64,000 bases of DNA from Planctomycetota bacterium (GTDB taxonomy: Bacteria; Planctomycetota; UBA1135; UBA2386): contig CANMWZ010000002.1 of the NCBI GenBank assembly GCA_947501605.1, positions 32,001-96,000 on the forward strand, read 5' to 3'. The notes under the pieces were generated by a model. The model was not told the DNA's origin and did not search any database. It saw only the letters and a list, made by a program, of their open reading frames with translations. The position numbers and the translations under genes are program-made. The number at the start of each line of letters is the position of its first letter. Position 1 is the first letter of the stretch. Positions 10,806-23,400 of the stretch are shown here, piece by piece.

Positions 10806-11357
10806 TCAGCGGGGGAGGGCGATGCGGCGGGCGCGGTCGGCCGCGGCTGGGGCCTTGGCCCCGGGTGCGGTCACGCCGAGAGCCTGACGGACCTGATGGA
10901 CGTAGGCCTCGACCGTCATGTCCGGAGAATGTGGGACCCCGAGAAGGGCCCCAATCTCCTTGGTCAGCTCCATGTTCTCCGTGAACGACCAGTTGCGCTG
11001 GGCCTCGAAGAACTCGCGCAACAGCTTCTTGAATGCTCGACGGGTGAAGTAGGCGCCAACGCCATAGACCGCGACCGCAAAGGCGATGATGCCACCGCAG
11101 AGAACAAGCGTCAGGAGCTCGCCGGTCCAGTGGCCGATGACCTGGAGCAGGAACCCAACCGTCAGGAATAGGAAGCCGATGACGACCTGCACGGCGTTGA
11201 GGGCCGTGTCCTGGGCCTTGTCCAGGCTGCGCAAAGACACACCCAGAGTCTCCTCGAGGGCTTTGCGCGGCTCCCGGAAGCGGATCGAGTTCGCCAAGAA
11301 GAACACACCTACGACGTTGCAGGTGAGACCGATGACGACGAAGGCTGACGTGTCCAT
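10806..11357 (-). CDS. Hypothetical membrane protein (about 3 TM)
   Basis: MDTSAFVVIGLTCNVVGVFFLANSI..., three hydrophobic segments, coding-like codon usage. Confidence 0.75.
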   Translation of the reverse strand: MDTSAFVVIGLTCNVVGVFFLANSIRFREPRKALEETLGVSLRSLDKAQDTALNAVQVVIGFLFLTVGFLLQVIGHWTGELLTLVLCGGIIAFAVAVYGVGAYFTRRAFKKLLREFFEAQRNWSFTENMELTKEIGALLGVPHSPDMTVEAYVHQVRQALGVTAPGAKAPAAADRARRIALPR

Positions 11358-11544
11358 GGTTGCGCGGGCGAAGGTCGGCTGCGAACCAGGGGCGCTGGCC
11401 GGCAACCCGCGCGGGACAGCACCGTGTCTGGCTCCGAGCGTTGCCGGACGCCTCCGGCACGGCGCGGGATGCTAACGCGCCGGACCGGGAGAGCGCCACC
11501 CAGTCCCCGCCAGAGTTGCTTTCCTTGACCGGGAATGGGGTGGG

Positions 11545-11575
11545 TAGTTCACAGTTTGACCACAGCTTTTGCACA
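11545..11575. promoter_or_regulatory. Three 11-bp-phased DnaA-box-like motifs
   Basis: TAGTTCACA 11545-53, TTGACCACA 11556-64, TTTTGCACA 11567-75; the last is a perfect TTWTNCACA. Confidence 0.5.
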
Positions 11576-11697
11576 ACCCGACGGCCGGTCCCAGCGGCGA
11601 CGTTCCACCCGCTGCCGACGGGAAAGCGCCAATGGGGCACGCGATCTTCGGTCGCCGTCTTTGCGGCGTGACGTCGCGCCGGCATAAGGGCTGCCGT

Positions 11698-11982
11698 ATG
11701 TCCGCCCCAACCGACAATCCCCTCGACCGACTGTGCCGCTTGGCGCGGCTGCGCCCGCCGACGACCGGCCGTGACGAGCTTGAGCGACGGCTCAAGGCTG
11801 TGGTCAGCGCCTTCGCCGACCTCCGCGAGGTCGATACCGGCGGGGTCGTCGATGCCACCCCACCGCCGGGCCGACTGCGCGCCGACGAACCCGGACCGGT
11901 GCTGACCGTCGAGGAGGCGCTGGCCAACAGCGCCAACAAGGCGGCGGACTGCTTCCTGGTCCCACGCGTGGTCGAGGGCTGA
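11698..11982 (+). CDS. gatC: Asp/Glu-tRNA amidotransferase subunit C
   Basis: LCRLARL...LREVDTGGV...LRADEP...ALANS...CFLVPRVVE; directly upstream of gatA. Confidence 0.85.
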   Translation: MSAPTDNPLDRLCRLARLRPPTTGRDELERRLKAVVSAFADLREVDTGGVVDATPPPGRLRADEPGPVLTVEEALANSANKAADCFLVPRVVEG

Positions 11983-11985
11983 ACG

Positions 11986-13454
11986 ATGCCGCACATCGAT
12001 CTTCGTTCCGCCGCCGCCATCGCCGGCGCCGTCCGCAGCGGTGCCCTATGCGCTACCGACGTCGTCGCCACGGCGCTCGCGGCAGTCGAACGCCGCAATC
12101 GGCACGAGAATGCCCTGGTCGAGACCTTCGCCGCCTCGGCCATGGCCACGGCCGAACGAGTCGATGCGGCGCGCCGTCGCGGCGAGGATCCTGGCCCACT
12201 CGCCGGCGTCCCCATCGCCATCAAAGACAACCTGCTGCTGCGAGGCCACATCGCCGCCTGCGGCAGTCGCATGCTCGCCGACTTCCGTGCCCCCTACACC
12301 GCGACCGTCGTGCAGCGCCTCCTTGACCGCGGTGCCGTCGTAATCGGCCGCACCAACATGGACGAGTTCGGCATGGGAAGCTCAACCGAACACTCCGCCT
12401 ATGGCCCGACGCGCAACCCTTGGGATCGATCGCGCGTACCTGGCGGCAGCAGCGGCGGTGCCGCCGCGGCCGTAGCCGGCGAACTCTGCCCCATCGCCTT
12501 TGGCAGCGACACGGGTGGCTCGGTCCGGCAACCAGCATCGATGTGCAACCTGACTGGCCTGAAGCCGACCTACGGCCGCATGAGCCGCTACGGTCTCGTC
12601 GCCTACGCCAGTTCCCTCGACTGCATCGGCGTGCTTGCTCATGACGCTGCCGACCTCGCACTGGCGCTGGGCGTCGCCGGTCCCGACGGGCGCGACACCA
12701 CCGCCCTCGATGCACCGGTGCCGGCTTACGTCGCGGAACTCGCCAACCGGACAGAACTCAAAGGCCTGCGCATCGGCGTGCTCGACGACGACGACGGCGG
12801 TGCCGGTCTCGATGCCGCGGTGAAGGCGGCGACGACGACCGCCCTGCAAACCCTCGAAGCGCTCGGCGCGCGCTTGGTACCGTGCGTTTTGCCGCACGTC
12901 CGCCACGCCGTTTCCACCTACTACTTGCTGGCCGCAGCCGAGGCCTCGTCCAACCTCGCTCGCTACGACGGCGTGCGCTTCGGGCTGTCGCGCAAAGGCC
13001 GCACGATCGACGAGAGCTACGCCAACAGCCGGAGCGACGGCTTCGGCGCCGAAGTGCAGCTGCGCATCCTGCTCGGTACCCACGCGCTGCAGCATGGCTA
13101 CCACGACGAACTCTACGGTCAGGCGACGCGCGTGCGGCAGCTGCTGCGCCGCGACTTTGACGCCGCCTTCGCGCACTGCGACCTGATCGCCAGCCCGACC
13201 TCGCCACTGCCTGCATTCGCCATCGGTAGCAAGATCGATGATCCTGTGGCGATGTACCGCTGTGACGCGATGACCGTGCCCGCAAGCCTCGCTGGCCTAC
13301 CGGCGCTGTCGATGCCCTGTGGCTTCGCCAAGGGCAACTTGCCCATCGGCCTTCAACTCACGGCGCCAGCGCTCGCCGAAGTCCTCCTCCTGCAAGTTGC
13401 AAACGTCTATCAGCAGCGAACCGATTGGCATCGCCAGAGGCCAGAAGAGTGCAC

Positions 13455-13458
<4 letters not shown>
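11986..13458 (+). CDS. gatA: Asp/Glu-tRNA amidotransferase subunit A
   Basis: GVPIAIKDN, TNMDEFGMGSS, PGGSSGG, GSDTGGSVRQPA, SSNLARYDG. Confidence 0.96.
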
Positions 13459-14873
<1,415 letters not shown>

Positions 14874-15047
14874 ACACCGCGCCGGAGCAGTCGGCGGCGG
14901 CGCGGTTCCGTCACCGCGCGCTCGGTTGACGGGCTGCGATCCATCACCTGGTGCGGCGTCGAGTCGTGGCATGCGACGCAGCGCGCTCGGCGTCCAACGT
15001 CACCTTCGAGTCGAAGGCGCCGGCAGGATGCGTTCTAGAACGGGCGG

Positions 15048-16085
15048 CTAAGGGACCGCGTCGAAGGACTCCAATTCGATGCGCGGCGTCCAATAGCCAT
15101 CCCTGACCGGCTCGACCCGACACAGGTCCGTCGACAGGTACTTCTTGTTCGAGTCGCACAGGATGGTCACGACCGCAGCAGCAGGCACGTCGCACGCGCC
15201 TCTTGCACGTTCGACGATCTGCATCGCGCCGATGACGTTGGCGCCGCTGCTGATGCCGACGGCGAGCCCGAGCCTCTTGGCGAGGCTCTGAGCCATCAGA
15301 ATCGCATCCCCGTCCCAAACGTCGACGATGTCGTCGAGCCAGGCGAGGTCCACCACCGCTGGAACAAAGTCGTCGGAGATGCCCTGGATGCGATGCGAAC
15401 CGACCTTGTGACCCGTGCGCAACGTCGGCGAGTTCGCCGGTTCGAGCGGGTGCACCTTCACCGCGGGGAATGCAGCCCGCAGCGCGCGCCCGACACCCAT
15501 CACCGTGCCGCCGGTACCGACGCCGGCCACGAACGCGCTGGGATGCTGGCCGAAGGCCTCGAGTTGCAGCAGGATCTCCGGGCCGGTGCTGCTGGCGTGT
15601 GCCCGAACGTTGGCAGCGTTCTCGAACTGGCACGGCGAAAACACGCGGTCTTCGTGAAGCGCCGCATGACGGGCCTGATCGACAGCCCCGACAAACCCGC
15701 CCTGCTCGCGGCTGACATCGACGAGTTCGGCGCCGAGGCTGCTGATCAGGGCCCGTCGCTCCTGGCTCATCCAGTCCGGCATGTAAATGCGCACCGGGTG
15801 ACCGAGTGCGCGGCCTAGGGCCGCAAACGCAATGCCGGTATTGCCCGAGCTCGCTTCGACGATGCGATCGCCGGCTCGCAGCTGCCCGCTGAGGTAGGCC
15901 TCGGCCAGGATATGGCACGCCATGCGGTCCTTGATCGAACCCGTCATGTTGCGCGACTCGTACTTGGCGTAGAGCCGTCGCGGCGCGCCATCGCAGCGGT
16001 AGAAAATCTCCACCATCGGCGTGCGACCGACGAGGGCACGCAGAGCCGAGATTCTGCGCAGCGGGTCGGTGGACGATGTCGTCAC
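15048..16085 (-). CDS. Cysteine synthase family PLP enzyme (CysK/CysM-like)
   Basis: VGRTP, YAKYESRNMTGSIKDR (PLP Lys), EASSGNTG, GVGTGGT, HRIQGI, GISSGAN. Start approximate. Confidence 0.9.
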   Translation of the reverse strand: MTTSSTDPLRRISALRALVGRTPMVEIFYRCDGAPRRLYAKYESRNMTGSIKDRMACHILAEAYLSGQLRAGDRIVEASSGNTGIAFAALGRALGHPVRIYMPDWMSQERRALISSLGAELVDVSREQGGFVGAVDQARHAALHEDRVFSPCQFENAANVRAHASSTGPEILLQLEAFGQHPSAFVAGVGTGGTVMGVGRALRAAFPAVKVHPLEPANSPTLRTGHKVGSHRIQGISDDFVPAVVDLAWLDDIVDVWDGDAILMAQSLAKRLGLAVGISSGANVIGAMQIVERARGACDVPAAAVVTILCDSNKKYLSTDLCRVEPVRDGYWTPRIELESFDAVP

Positions 16086-16218
16086 CGAGGACGAATGACG
16101 CAGCGCTCTCGGAGTTTCGCCGACTCCCTGACGACGCGCCGATCCTATGCTTGTCCTCTGCCCAGGCGGGTGACATGTTGTGCCGCAGTGCGGCAACAGG
16201 CCGCGCCTTCTAGCCAGC

Positions 16219-17157
16219 ATGAACTACGCACTCCGCCTGCACGAGGTGACGAAGCGCTTTGGCAGCTTCACCGCCGTGGATCGCCTCTCGCTCGACATCC
16301 CTCGCGGCTGCATCTACGGCCTTCTTGGCCAGAATGGCGCCGGCAAGACCACGACCATTCGCATGGTCATGAGCATCTTCCATCCAGACTCGGGCACGAT
16401 CGAAGTGCTCGGCAAGCCTGATGCGTCGATGGTCAAGGACAAGCTCGGCTACTTGCCAGAGGAGAAGGGCCTCTACAAGAAGATGCGGACCGCCGAGATC
16501 GTCGCCTACTTCGGCAAGCTGAAGGGCATGGACACCTCGACGGCGAACCTGAAGGCGCGCGAACTGCTGACCACCTACGGCCTCGGCGACTGGCTCGACA
16601 AGAAGTGCGAGGCGATGAGCAAAGGGATGGGCCAGAAGGTCCAATTGCTCGGCACGCTCATTCACGATCCCGAGCTGGTGATCCTCGACGAACCCTTCAG
16701 CGGCCTCGACCCCGTGAACCGCGATGTGATGCGCGACACGATACTCCGCATGAAGCGCGAAGGCCGCACGGTGATCTTCAGCACGCACGTGATGGAGCAG
16801 GCCGAACAGCTCTGCGACAGCGTGATGATGATCCACAAGAGCAAGCTGCAGTTCGCCGGCGCGCTTGGTCAGATCAAGCAAGGCCGCGACTTCGGCATCG
16901 TGCTCGACTACGACGGCGACGGCAGCGTGTTGAAGTCCGTCCCGAACGCGACGCGCGTCAACGACAGCGGCAAACAAGCCGAGATCTTCCTGCAATCGGG
17001 CGCCGACCCGCAGCAGACCCTGCGCTGGCTGGTCGATCGCGTCACCATTCGCCGCTTCGAGTACCGAGCTCCTACCTTGCACGAGATCTTCGTCCGCACC
17101 GTCGAGGACGCCAACGCGCGCCTCGCCGCCGCACCCGTCGCGCAAGGAGCCAGCTGA
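16219..17157 (+). CDS. ABC-2 type transporter ATP-binding protein (NatA/YhaQ-like)
   Basis: GQNGAGKTT, MSKGMGQK, ILDEPFSGLD, FSTH; C-terminal PTLHEIF. Confidence 0.93.
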   Translation: MNYALRLHEVTKRFGSFTAVDRLSLDIPRGCIYGLLGQNGAGKTTTIRMVMSIFHPDSGTIEVLGKPDASMVKDKLGYLPEEKGLYKKMRTAEIVAYFGKLKGMDTSTANLKARELLTTYGLGDWLDKKCEAMSKGMGQKVQLLGTLIHDPELVILDEPFSGLDPVNRDVMRDTILRMKREGRTVIFSTHVMEQAEQLCDSVMMIHKSKLQFAGALGQIKQGRDFGIVLDYDGDGSVLKSVPNATRVNDSGKQAEIFLQSGADPQQTLRWLVDRVTIRRFEYRAPTLHEIFVRTVEDANARLAAAPVAQGAS

Positions 17158-17159
17158 AC

Positions 17160-18653
17160 ATGGCGAACAAGTCCTTCCTCGTCGCCCAGCGCGAGTACCT
17201 CGAGAACGTCCGCACCAAGACGTTCTGGCTGGGCATCCTGGCATTCCCGATCATCTTGATCCTGTCGCTCGGCGCCGGCTTCGTGCTCGCCAAGCTCAAG
17301 GAAGTGAAGACCTACGCAGTCCTCGATCTGACGGAACAGAAGATCGGCGAACAGATCGAACGCGCCGCGCGCACTCCCGACACGCCTGGGATGATGAAGC
17401 TCCTGCGTGGCTCGGGCCTGCCGCAGAAACTGCAGGAGATCCGCGACCGCTACCGCGACGCCATCGAGCCGGGTGTAGACGGCAAGGAACCCGAAGTCCC
17501 CGACGAGATGCGCCGCGAGCTGCAACGGGTGATGCTGGAGATTCCGGCCTCAGATTTTGCCGCGATCACCGAGAAGGCGACCGAAACCCAGAAGTCCGAC
17601 AAGTTCGAACTTCTGACTCTCGACGAACTCGGCATCGCCGGCATCCCCAGCGAAGAGCAGCGCAAGAAGCTCCGCGAGATGGTCGAGTCGAAGCGGCTGT
17701 TCGCCTACTTCGAGCTGGCGGGAGATCCGATCCAGTCGCTCAGTGACTTCCGCTACTTGTCGAACAACGTGACCGACAGCGGCCTCCGCGACATGTACGA
17801 CCGCGCCGCAACGCGCATTGTGCAGAAGCTCCGCATCGGCAAAGCCGGCATCGACCCAACCATTGCTCGCTCGCTCCAAGAGACCGTTCGCTTCCGCGAA
17901 CAGAAGCTCGGCGAAGACGGCAAGGCCGAGGACGTCAAGACCGGTGACAAGGCCAACAAGTACGCGCCCATGGGCTTTGTCTACCTGCTCTGGATCGCGG
18001 TGTTCACCGCGGCCCAGATGCTCTTGACGAACACGGTCGAAGAGAAGAGCAACCGCATCATCGAGGTGCTGCTCAGCTCGGTGTCACCCCTCGAACTCAT
18101 GGCGGGCAAGGTCTGGGGCATCGCTGCCACCGGCCTGACCCTGGTGCTGAGCTGGGTTCTCTGCGCGCTGATCGGCGTCTGGGTCGCGCCAAAGCTCATG
18201 CCCGGCTTCGACCTGCCGTTGATGGACGTCATCGGCGATCCGCTCTATCTCGCTTCGTTCGTCGGCTACTTCCTCGCTGGCTACCTGCTCTACGCCGCCT
18301 TCCTCGTCGCCATCGGCTCGGTGACCAACAGCCTCAAGGAAGCGCAGAACCTGCTGCAGCCGGTGTTCATCGTGTTGATCATCCCGCTGGTCTCGATGAT
18401 GTTCATCGTCGAAGAACCCAACGGCACGGTCGCCAAGATCCTCAGCTACATCCCGCTGTTCACGCCGTTCACCATGATGAACCGCGCTGGCGGCCCGCCA
18501 GAGCTCTACGAGTACGTGATCACCAGCGTCTTGCTGCTGGTGAGCGTGTGGTTTGCGTTCCGCGCAGCCGGCAAGGTGTTCCGCATCGGCGTCTTGATGA
18601 CGGGCAACCCACCGCGCCTCAAGGAGATCCTCGGCTGGTTGCGGGAGAAGTAG
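17160..18653 (+). CDS. ABC-2 type permease (NatB/YhaP-like)
   Basis: REYLENVRTKTF, VEEKSNRIIEVLLSSVSP, multiple TMs, large extracytoplasmic loop. Confidence 0.9.
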   Translation: MANKSFLVAQREYLENVRTKTFWLGILAFPIILILSLGAGFVLAKLKEVKTYAVLDLTEQKIGEQIERAARTPDTPGMMKLLRGSGLPQKLQEIRDRYRDAIEPGVDGKEPEVPDEMRRELQRVMLEIPASDFAAITEKATETQKSDKFELLTLDELGIAGIPSEEQRKKLREMVESKRLFAYFELAGDPIQSLSDFRYLSNNVTDSGLRDMYDRAATRIVQKLRIGKAGIDPTIARSLQETVRFREQKLGEDGKAEDVKTGDKANKYAPMGFVYLLWIAVFTAAQMLLTNTVEEKSNRIIEVLLSSVSPLELMAGKVWGIAATGLTLVLSWVLCALIGVWVAPKLMPGFDLPLMDVIGDPLYLASFVGYFLAGYLLYAAFLVAIGSVTNSLKEAQNLLQPVFIVLIIPLVSMMFIVEEPNGTVAKILSYIPLFTPFTMMNRAGGPPELYEYVITSVLLLVSVWFAFRAAGKVFRIGVLMTGNPPRLKEILGWLREK

Positions 18654-18662
18654 CCGCGCCGA

Positions 18663-20141
18663 TCAACGGTTGCCGATCTCTGGGAGCGGCAACAAGAACG
18701 CGCCCCGGAATCCACCGCGGAGTTCGGGGACCACGAGATAGCGCGTCGGCACGTGCCCGTCCCAGAAGTCGCGGACCGCTGGCTCGGGCGAGGTGACAAA
18801 GAAGTCGAGCGCGGTGGCGGACAGCAACACCGGCAGACCCGCCTCTTGGAAGCGACCCCACCACCCGTCGAACCACAGGGCCAGCGTCGTGCCACGTTCG
18901 CGTTCGTCGAGCCATAGGTGCAGCGCGGCGCCGAGGTCGATGACAACCGCACCCGGCACGCTGGTGCGGACGCCGTCCAGCTCGTAGCGCCGGCCGGCAA
19001 TCAAGGCGACCTTCTGCTGCTGGTGGATCGTGGCAAACCCGGAGACGAACTCTGGGGCGACCGGGTCCTTCCACTGCGGCATCACGGCAGCGACCGACAG
19101 CGCGAAACCGGCGACCGTCAGCAGCAGGAACTCACGCCAGCGCAGCAACCGTACGGCCGCCATGACTGCGGCGGGGACGACGGCGATCAGGTAGGCCCCG
19201 CCTTCGTCGATGTGATGATGCCCGAGCAGCAGCACCGTCACGGGCAAATGCAGCAACAGTCCGAGCAAGGTCGCCAACGACCAGATCCGCGCGCGACGCA
19301 CGAACAGCCCTACGACCGCGCAGACGGACCAGGGCGCGCATGGGATCAGCCATTCGCGCACCATGACCTCGGGCACGGTCGAGAGATCGAGGCCCTCGAG
19401 ATGACGGGCGCAGAACTCGAACGCGTCGCGCGCTTGGCCACCGGCGCCAGCGCCGAGCAGTGTGGCAACCAAGACGGCAACACCCCAATGCAACCCGACC
19501 GCCAGCAGCCACCATCGGGTCGACAGACCACGGCGAGGTCCGCCAAACGCATAGGACGCCACGGCAAGCGTTGGCAACAGCACGTGCCCGAAGGCGTGAA
19601 TGGAAGCCGCAGCCCCGGTGCACAGCCCGACCACCGCAACGCGCCGGAGGCTCGGCGCCAGTAGGAGCCGGGCAAAGGTCCACCACGCGGCGCCAGCGCC
19701 AGCGGCGAACACGCCGTGGATCTCAGCGCAGGTTGCGTAGTAAAGGCATGGCCCGGTCGCCATGGCCGCGAATGCTGGCAGCGCTCCCGAGCGGAAGGGC
19801 CGCGGTGCAAGCAGGCGAAACGTGCGATGCAGGCACACGGCCGCGAAGCCCGATCCGAGCGCCGAGGCCAACAGCAGCGACTGCAAGGCCGACATGCCGA
19901 ACGGCGAGAACATCGAGTGCAGCGCACCGACGATGTGAAGGTAGGCAACGTGTCGGGCGTAGTCGTGACGACCTTGCTCGATCCAGGTCAGGAACACCTC
20001 ACCGTCGACGCCGTGCAGCGTCCGCTGCGGCAGCAGCAGGAACACCGAGGCGACGATCAGGAACAGTCCCAACGTCTCGCCCCAACGCTGCGCGAGCAGC
20101 GGCTCCTCCTTCCTTCCTAGTTCGACTCGGGAATCGTCCAT
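18663..20141 (-). CDS. Polytopic membrane protein, possibly GT-C glycosyltransferase-like
   Basis: About 10 hydrophobic segments; first loop LHGVDG and later CAEIH resemble GT-C/DUF2723-like layouts (inference). Confidence 0.6.
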   Translation of the reverse strand: MDDSRVELGRKEEPLLAQRWGETLGLFLIVASVFLLLPQRTLHGVDGEVFLTWIEQGRHDYARHVAYLHIVGALHSMFSPFGMSALQSLLLASALGSGFAAVCLHRTFRLLAPRPFRSGALPAFAAMATGPCLYYATCAEIHGVFAAGAGAAWWTFARLLLAPSLRRVAVVGLCTGAAASIHAFGHVLLPTLAVASYAFGGPRRGLSTRWWLLAVGLHWGVAVLVATLLGAGAGGQARDAFEFCARHLEGLDLSTVPEVMVREWLIPCAPWSVCAVVGLFVRRARIWSLATLLGLLLHLPVTVLLLGHHHIDEGGAYLIAVVPAAVMAAVRLLRWREFLLLTVAGFALSVAAVMPQWKDPVAPEFVSGFATIHQQQKVALIAGRRYELDGVRTSVPGAVVIDLGAALHLWLDERERGTTLALWFDGWWGRFQEAGLPVLLSATALDFFVTSPEPAVRDFWDGHVPTRYLVVPELRGGFRGAFLLPLPEIGNR

Positions 20142-20171
20142 GACACTCCGCCGAGCGGAGTGCCATGGAGG

Positions 20172-21782
20172 TCACTCCCACTCGATCGTCGCGGGCGGCT
20201 TGCTGCTGATGTCGAGACAAACGCGGGAGAACCCCTTCACCTCATTGAGGATCCGGGTGCTCATCCGACGCAGCACGTCGACGGGCAGCAGTTCCCAGTC
20301 GGCCGTCATGGCGTCCACGGAACTTACCATGCGCAACACGCAGACCTCTTCGTAGACGCGGGCGTCGCCCTTCACGCCGACCGACTTGACTGGCAAGTGC
20401 ACGGCGAAGTACTGCCAGAGTCCCTGCTGCAGGCCACGCGACTCGACCTCATGACGCACGATGGCATCGGCTTCGCGAAGCGCTCGCAGCCGATCTCGCG
20501 TAATCGCGCCGAGGCAGCGCACCGCGAGTCCCGGACCGGGAAATGGTTGTCGGTCGACGAGCGAACTCGGGAGCCCCATCTGCCGGCCGATAGCCCGGAC
20601 CTCGTCCTTGAACAGGTCGCGCAGCGGCTCGACCAGTTGCATGTCGAGGTCCTTGGGCAAGCCACCGACATTGTGGTGGCTCTTGATCGTCGACGTTGCG
20701 CCGCCGTGCGCCGCGACGGACTCGATCACATCGGGATACAGCGTGCCTTGGCCCAGGAACTTCGCATTGCGGTAGCCACTGGCTTCGTGCTTGAAGACGT
20801 CGACGAAGACCCTACCGATGATCTTGCGCTTCTGTTCTGGGTCCGTGACGCCGGCCAGCTCTGCCAGGAAGCGCTCGCTGGCATCGACCACCTTCAGATC
20901 CATGTGCCAGTCGCGACCGAAGAGCGCCTGCACACCCTCCCGCTCTCCCTGCCGCAGGAGGCCGTTGTCGACGAACACGCAGTGGAGCCGCGATCCGATC
21001 GCCTTGTTCACGATCGCCGCTGCAACAGAACTGTCGACGCCGCCGGACAACCCCAGCACCACTTCACCGGTCTCGCCGACGAGCTCGCGGACCGCCTGGA
21101 TCTTGCGATCGACGATGTGACCCGGATCCCAATCCGTGCGGCACTTGGCGATGCCAAGCACAAAGTTCGACAGCATGCGTTGGCCGTCCTCGGTGTGCGC
21201 GACTTCTGGGTGGAACTGCAGACCGACGAACTTCCGGTCAAGATCGGCGACCACTGCGAAGGGACAAGGCGCGCTCTTCGCCAGCACCGAGAACCCACTG
21301 GGCAACCGGCTGACCTTGTCGCCGTGCGACATCCAGACGATGCCGTTGTCGCGCACGCCCTCGAGAAAGCCGTGCGTCTCGACGCGCTGCAGCTCCGTGC
21401 GACCGTACTCCGCGCCGCTCTGCGCCGGCGTCACTTCGCCGCCGAGGTTCTGGGCCATCCACTGCAAGCCATAGCAGATCCCGAGCACTGGCACGCCCTG
21501 ATGCAAGATCTGCGGGTCCAGCGCGGGCGCATCGTGCTCGTAGACCGAGCGCGGGCCGCCACTGAGAATCACCGCCGCTGGCCGCATGGCCTGGAACGTG
21601 AACATCGCCCGCTCAGGGACGGTGATGCGGCTGTAGACCCCTAGTTCGCGGATTCGTCGCGCGATCAGCTGGCAGTATTGAGCGCCGAAATCGACGATCA
21701 GCACACCTCCTGATGGGCCCCGATCGCTCAGCGGGAGGCCCTGAGCGTCCGTCGTCGCGGAACCCTGTTGCTTGCTCGTCAT
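20172..21782 (-). CDS. guaA: GMP synthase (glutamine-hydrolysing)
   Basis: DFGAQY, GICYG, QFHPEV, SGGVDSS, QGTLYPDVIES, IKSHHNVGGLP, SKPPATIEWE. Confidence 0.98.
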   Translation of the reverse strand: MTSKQQGSATTDAQGLPLSDRGPSGGVLIVDFGAQYCQLIARRIRELGVYSRITVPERAMFTFQAMRPAAVILSGGPRSVYEHDAPALDPQILHQGVPVLGICYGLQWMAQNLGGEVTPAQSGAEYGRTELQRVETHGFLEGVRDNGIVWMSHGDKVSRLPSGFSVLAKSAPCPFAVVADLDRKFVGLQFHPEVAHTEDGQRMLSNFVLGIAKCRTDWDPGHIVDRKIQAVRELVGETGEVVLGLSGGVDSSVAAAIVNKAIGSRLHCVFVDNGLLRQGEREGVQALFGRDWHMDLKVVDASERFLAELAGVTDPEQKRKIIGRVFVDVFKHEASGYRNAKFLGQGTLYPDVIESVAAHGGATSTIKSHHNVGGLPKDLDMQLVEPLRDLFKDEVRAIGRQMGLPSSLVDRQPFPGPGLAVRCLGAITRDRLRALREADAIVRHEVESRGLQQGLWQYFAVHLPVKSVGVKGDARVYEEVCVLRMVSSVDAMTADWELLPVDVLRRMSTRILNEVKGFSRVCLDISSKPPATIEWE

Positions 21783-21786
21783 GGCG

Positions 21787-23244
21787 TCACGCCTCGCCGC
21801 TGTAGTTGGGCGCTTCCTTGGTGATCTGGATGTCGTGCGGGTGCGACTCGCGCAAGCCGGCCGCTGTCACGCGCAAGAACTTTGCTTGCTGCGTCAGTTC
21901 CGCAAGCGTGCGCGCACCGCAATAGCCCATGCCCGACCGCAGCCCGCCCACCAACTGGTAGACGAAGTCTGCAAGCGAGCCCTTGTACGGGACCATGCCC
22001 TCGACCCCCTCAGGCACGTACTTCAGCTTGTCCTTCACTTCTCCCTGCGCGTAGCGATCGGCCGAGCCGAGTTCCATCGCGCCGAGCGAACCCATACCCC
22101 GCACGGTCTTGAACGAGCGACCGCGAAACAGAATGGTCTCGCCGGGGCTCTCGTCGAGGCCGGCCAGGAGCGAGCCGAGCATCACGCACGACGCGCCAGC
22201 AGCGAGCGCCTTGACGATGTCGCCCGACTGGCGGATGCCACCGTCGGCAATCACCGGGACATCCGCCTTGTGGCACGCCTCCACCGCCGACATCACCGCC
22301 GTCAGCTGCGGGACGCCGCAGCCGGTGACGATGCGCGTGGTGCAGATCGAACCCGGCCCGATGCCAACTTTGATGCCATCGGCACCGGCAGCGATCAGCG
22401 CCTCGGCACCCTCGCGGGTACCGACGTTGCCGGCGACGACCGGCACCTTGGTTACACGCTTGATCGCGATCACGGTCTCGATCACGTTCTTGCTGTGCCC
22501 GTGGGCGGTGTCGACGACAATGACGTCACATCCGGCTTCGACGAGACGACTGACGCGCTGCAGGTCATGCACTCCAACCGCGGCGCCCACCACGAGGCGA
22601 CCGCGGGGGTCGCGAGCCGCGGACGGATACTCCTCGGTACCCCGAATGTCCTTCATGGTGATGAGGCCGGCCAACGTGCCATCGGCCTGCACGAGGATCA
22701 GCTTCTCGACCTTGTTGCGCTGCAGGATCGAACGCGCCTGGTCCAACGTGGTGCCCGGCTGCGCCGTCACCAAGTTCTGTGACGTCATGATCGCCAGCAC
22801 TTTGGTGTCGCGCGTATCGACGAAGCGCAGGTCGCGGTTGGTCAGGATGCCGACCACGCGCCGTCGCTCATCGACCACCGGCAAACCACTGATCTTGTGG
22901 TTCTGCATCAGGTCCTTGGCGGTGCCGACGGTGTCCTCTGGCCGCAAAGCGACGGGGTCGAGGATCACGCCATTGGCGGAGCGCTTGACCTTGTCGACCT
23001 CGCCGACTTGCTTCTCGATGGAGAGGTTCTTGTGGACGATGCCGATGCCGCCTTGCTGGGCCAAGGCCACCGCCATGCGCGATTCGGTGACCGTGTCCAT
23101 GGCGGCGCTGGCAATCGGGACTTGCAAGTCCACGCCGCGGCAGAACCTAGTCTTGGTGGAGACGTCACGCGGCAGGGCCGAAGCCATCTGCGGCACGAGC
23201 AGGACGTCGTCGTACGTGAGGCCTTCGCCGAGGATCTCGACCAA
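21787..23244 (-). CDS. guaB: IMP dehydrogenase with CBS pair
   Basis: [54 protein letters not shown]. Start TTG 23244 (ORF extends to 23283). Confidence 0.98.
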   Translation of the reverse strand: MVEILGEGLTYDDVLLVPQMASALPRDVSTKTRFCRGVDLQVPIASAAMDTVTESRMAVALAQQGGIGIVHKNLSIEKQVGEVDKVKRSANGVILDPVALRPEDTVGTAKDLMQNHKISGLPVVDERRRVVGILTNRDLRFVDTRDTKVLAIMTSQNLVTAQPGTTLDQARSILQRNKVEKLILVQADGTLAGLITMKDIRGTEEYPSAARDPRGRLVVGAAVGVHDLQRVSRLVEAGCDVIVVDTAHGHSKNVIETVIAIKRVTKVPVVAGNVGTREGAEALIAAGADGIKVGIGPGSICTTRIVTGCGVPQLTAVMSAVEACHKADVPVIADGGIRQSGDIVKALAAGASCVMLGSLLAGLDESPGETILFRGRSFKTVRGMGSLGAMELGSADRYAQGEVKDKLKYVPEGVEGMVPYKGSLADFVYQLVGGLRSGMGYCGARTLAELTQQAKFLRVTAAGLRESHPHDIQITKEAPNYSGEA

Positions 23245-23400
23245 GCGCTTTCTCCGAAGGGTCAGGGAAAGCGTGGGGAGCATACGGATCGGCAGGACCT
23301 ACGCCACCGTCCCGATCCCCGAGTGTGAGACCGGAGCGCCGATCGCTGGATTCCGGGGGCCAGCCAGCCGGCCGGCCCTCGGCAGCTTTGGCGACGCCGA

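Noticed and set aside
15003..15042. Short palindromes CCTTCGAGTCGAAGG and CGTTCTAGAACG between gatB and the cysteine synthase gene
   Set aside because: Short, no U-tract, not repeated elsewhere; compatible with chance.
23245..23400. Purine riboswitch upstream of guaB
   Set aside because: No purine aptamer core visible; only a TATGCT -10-like hexamer on the minus strand.
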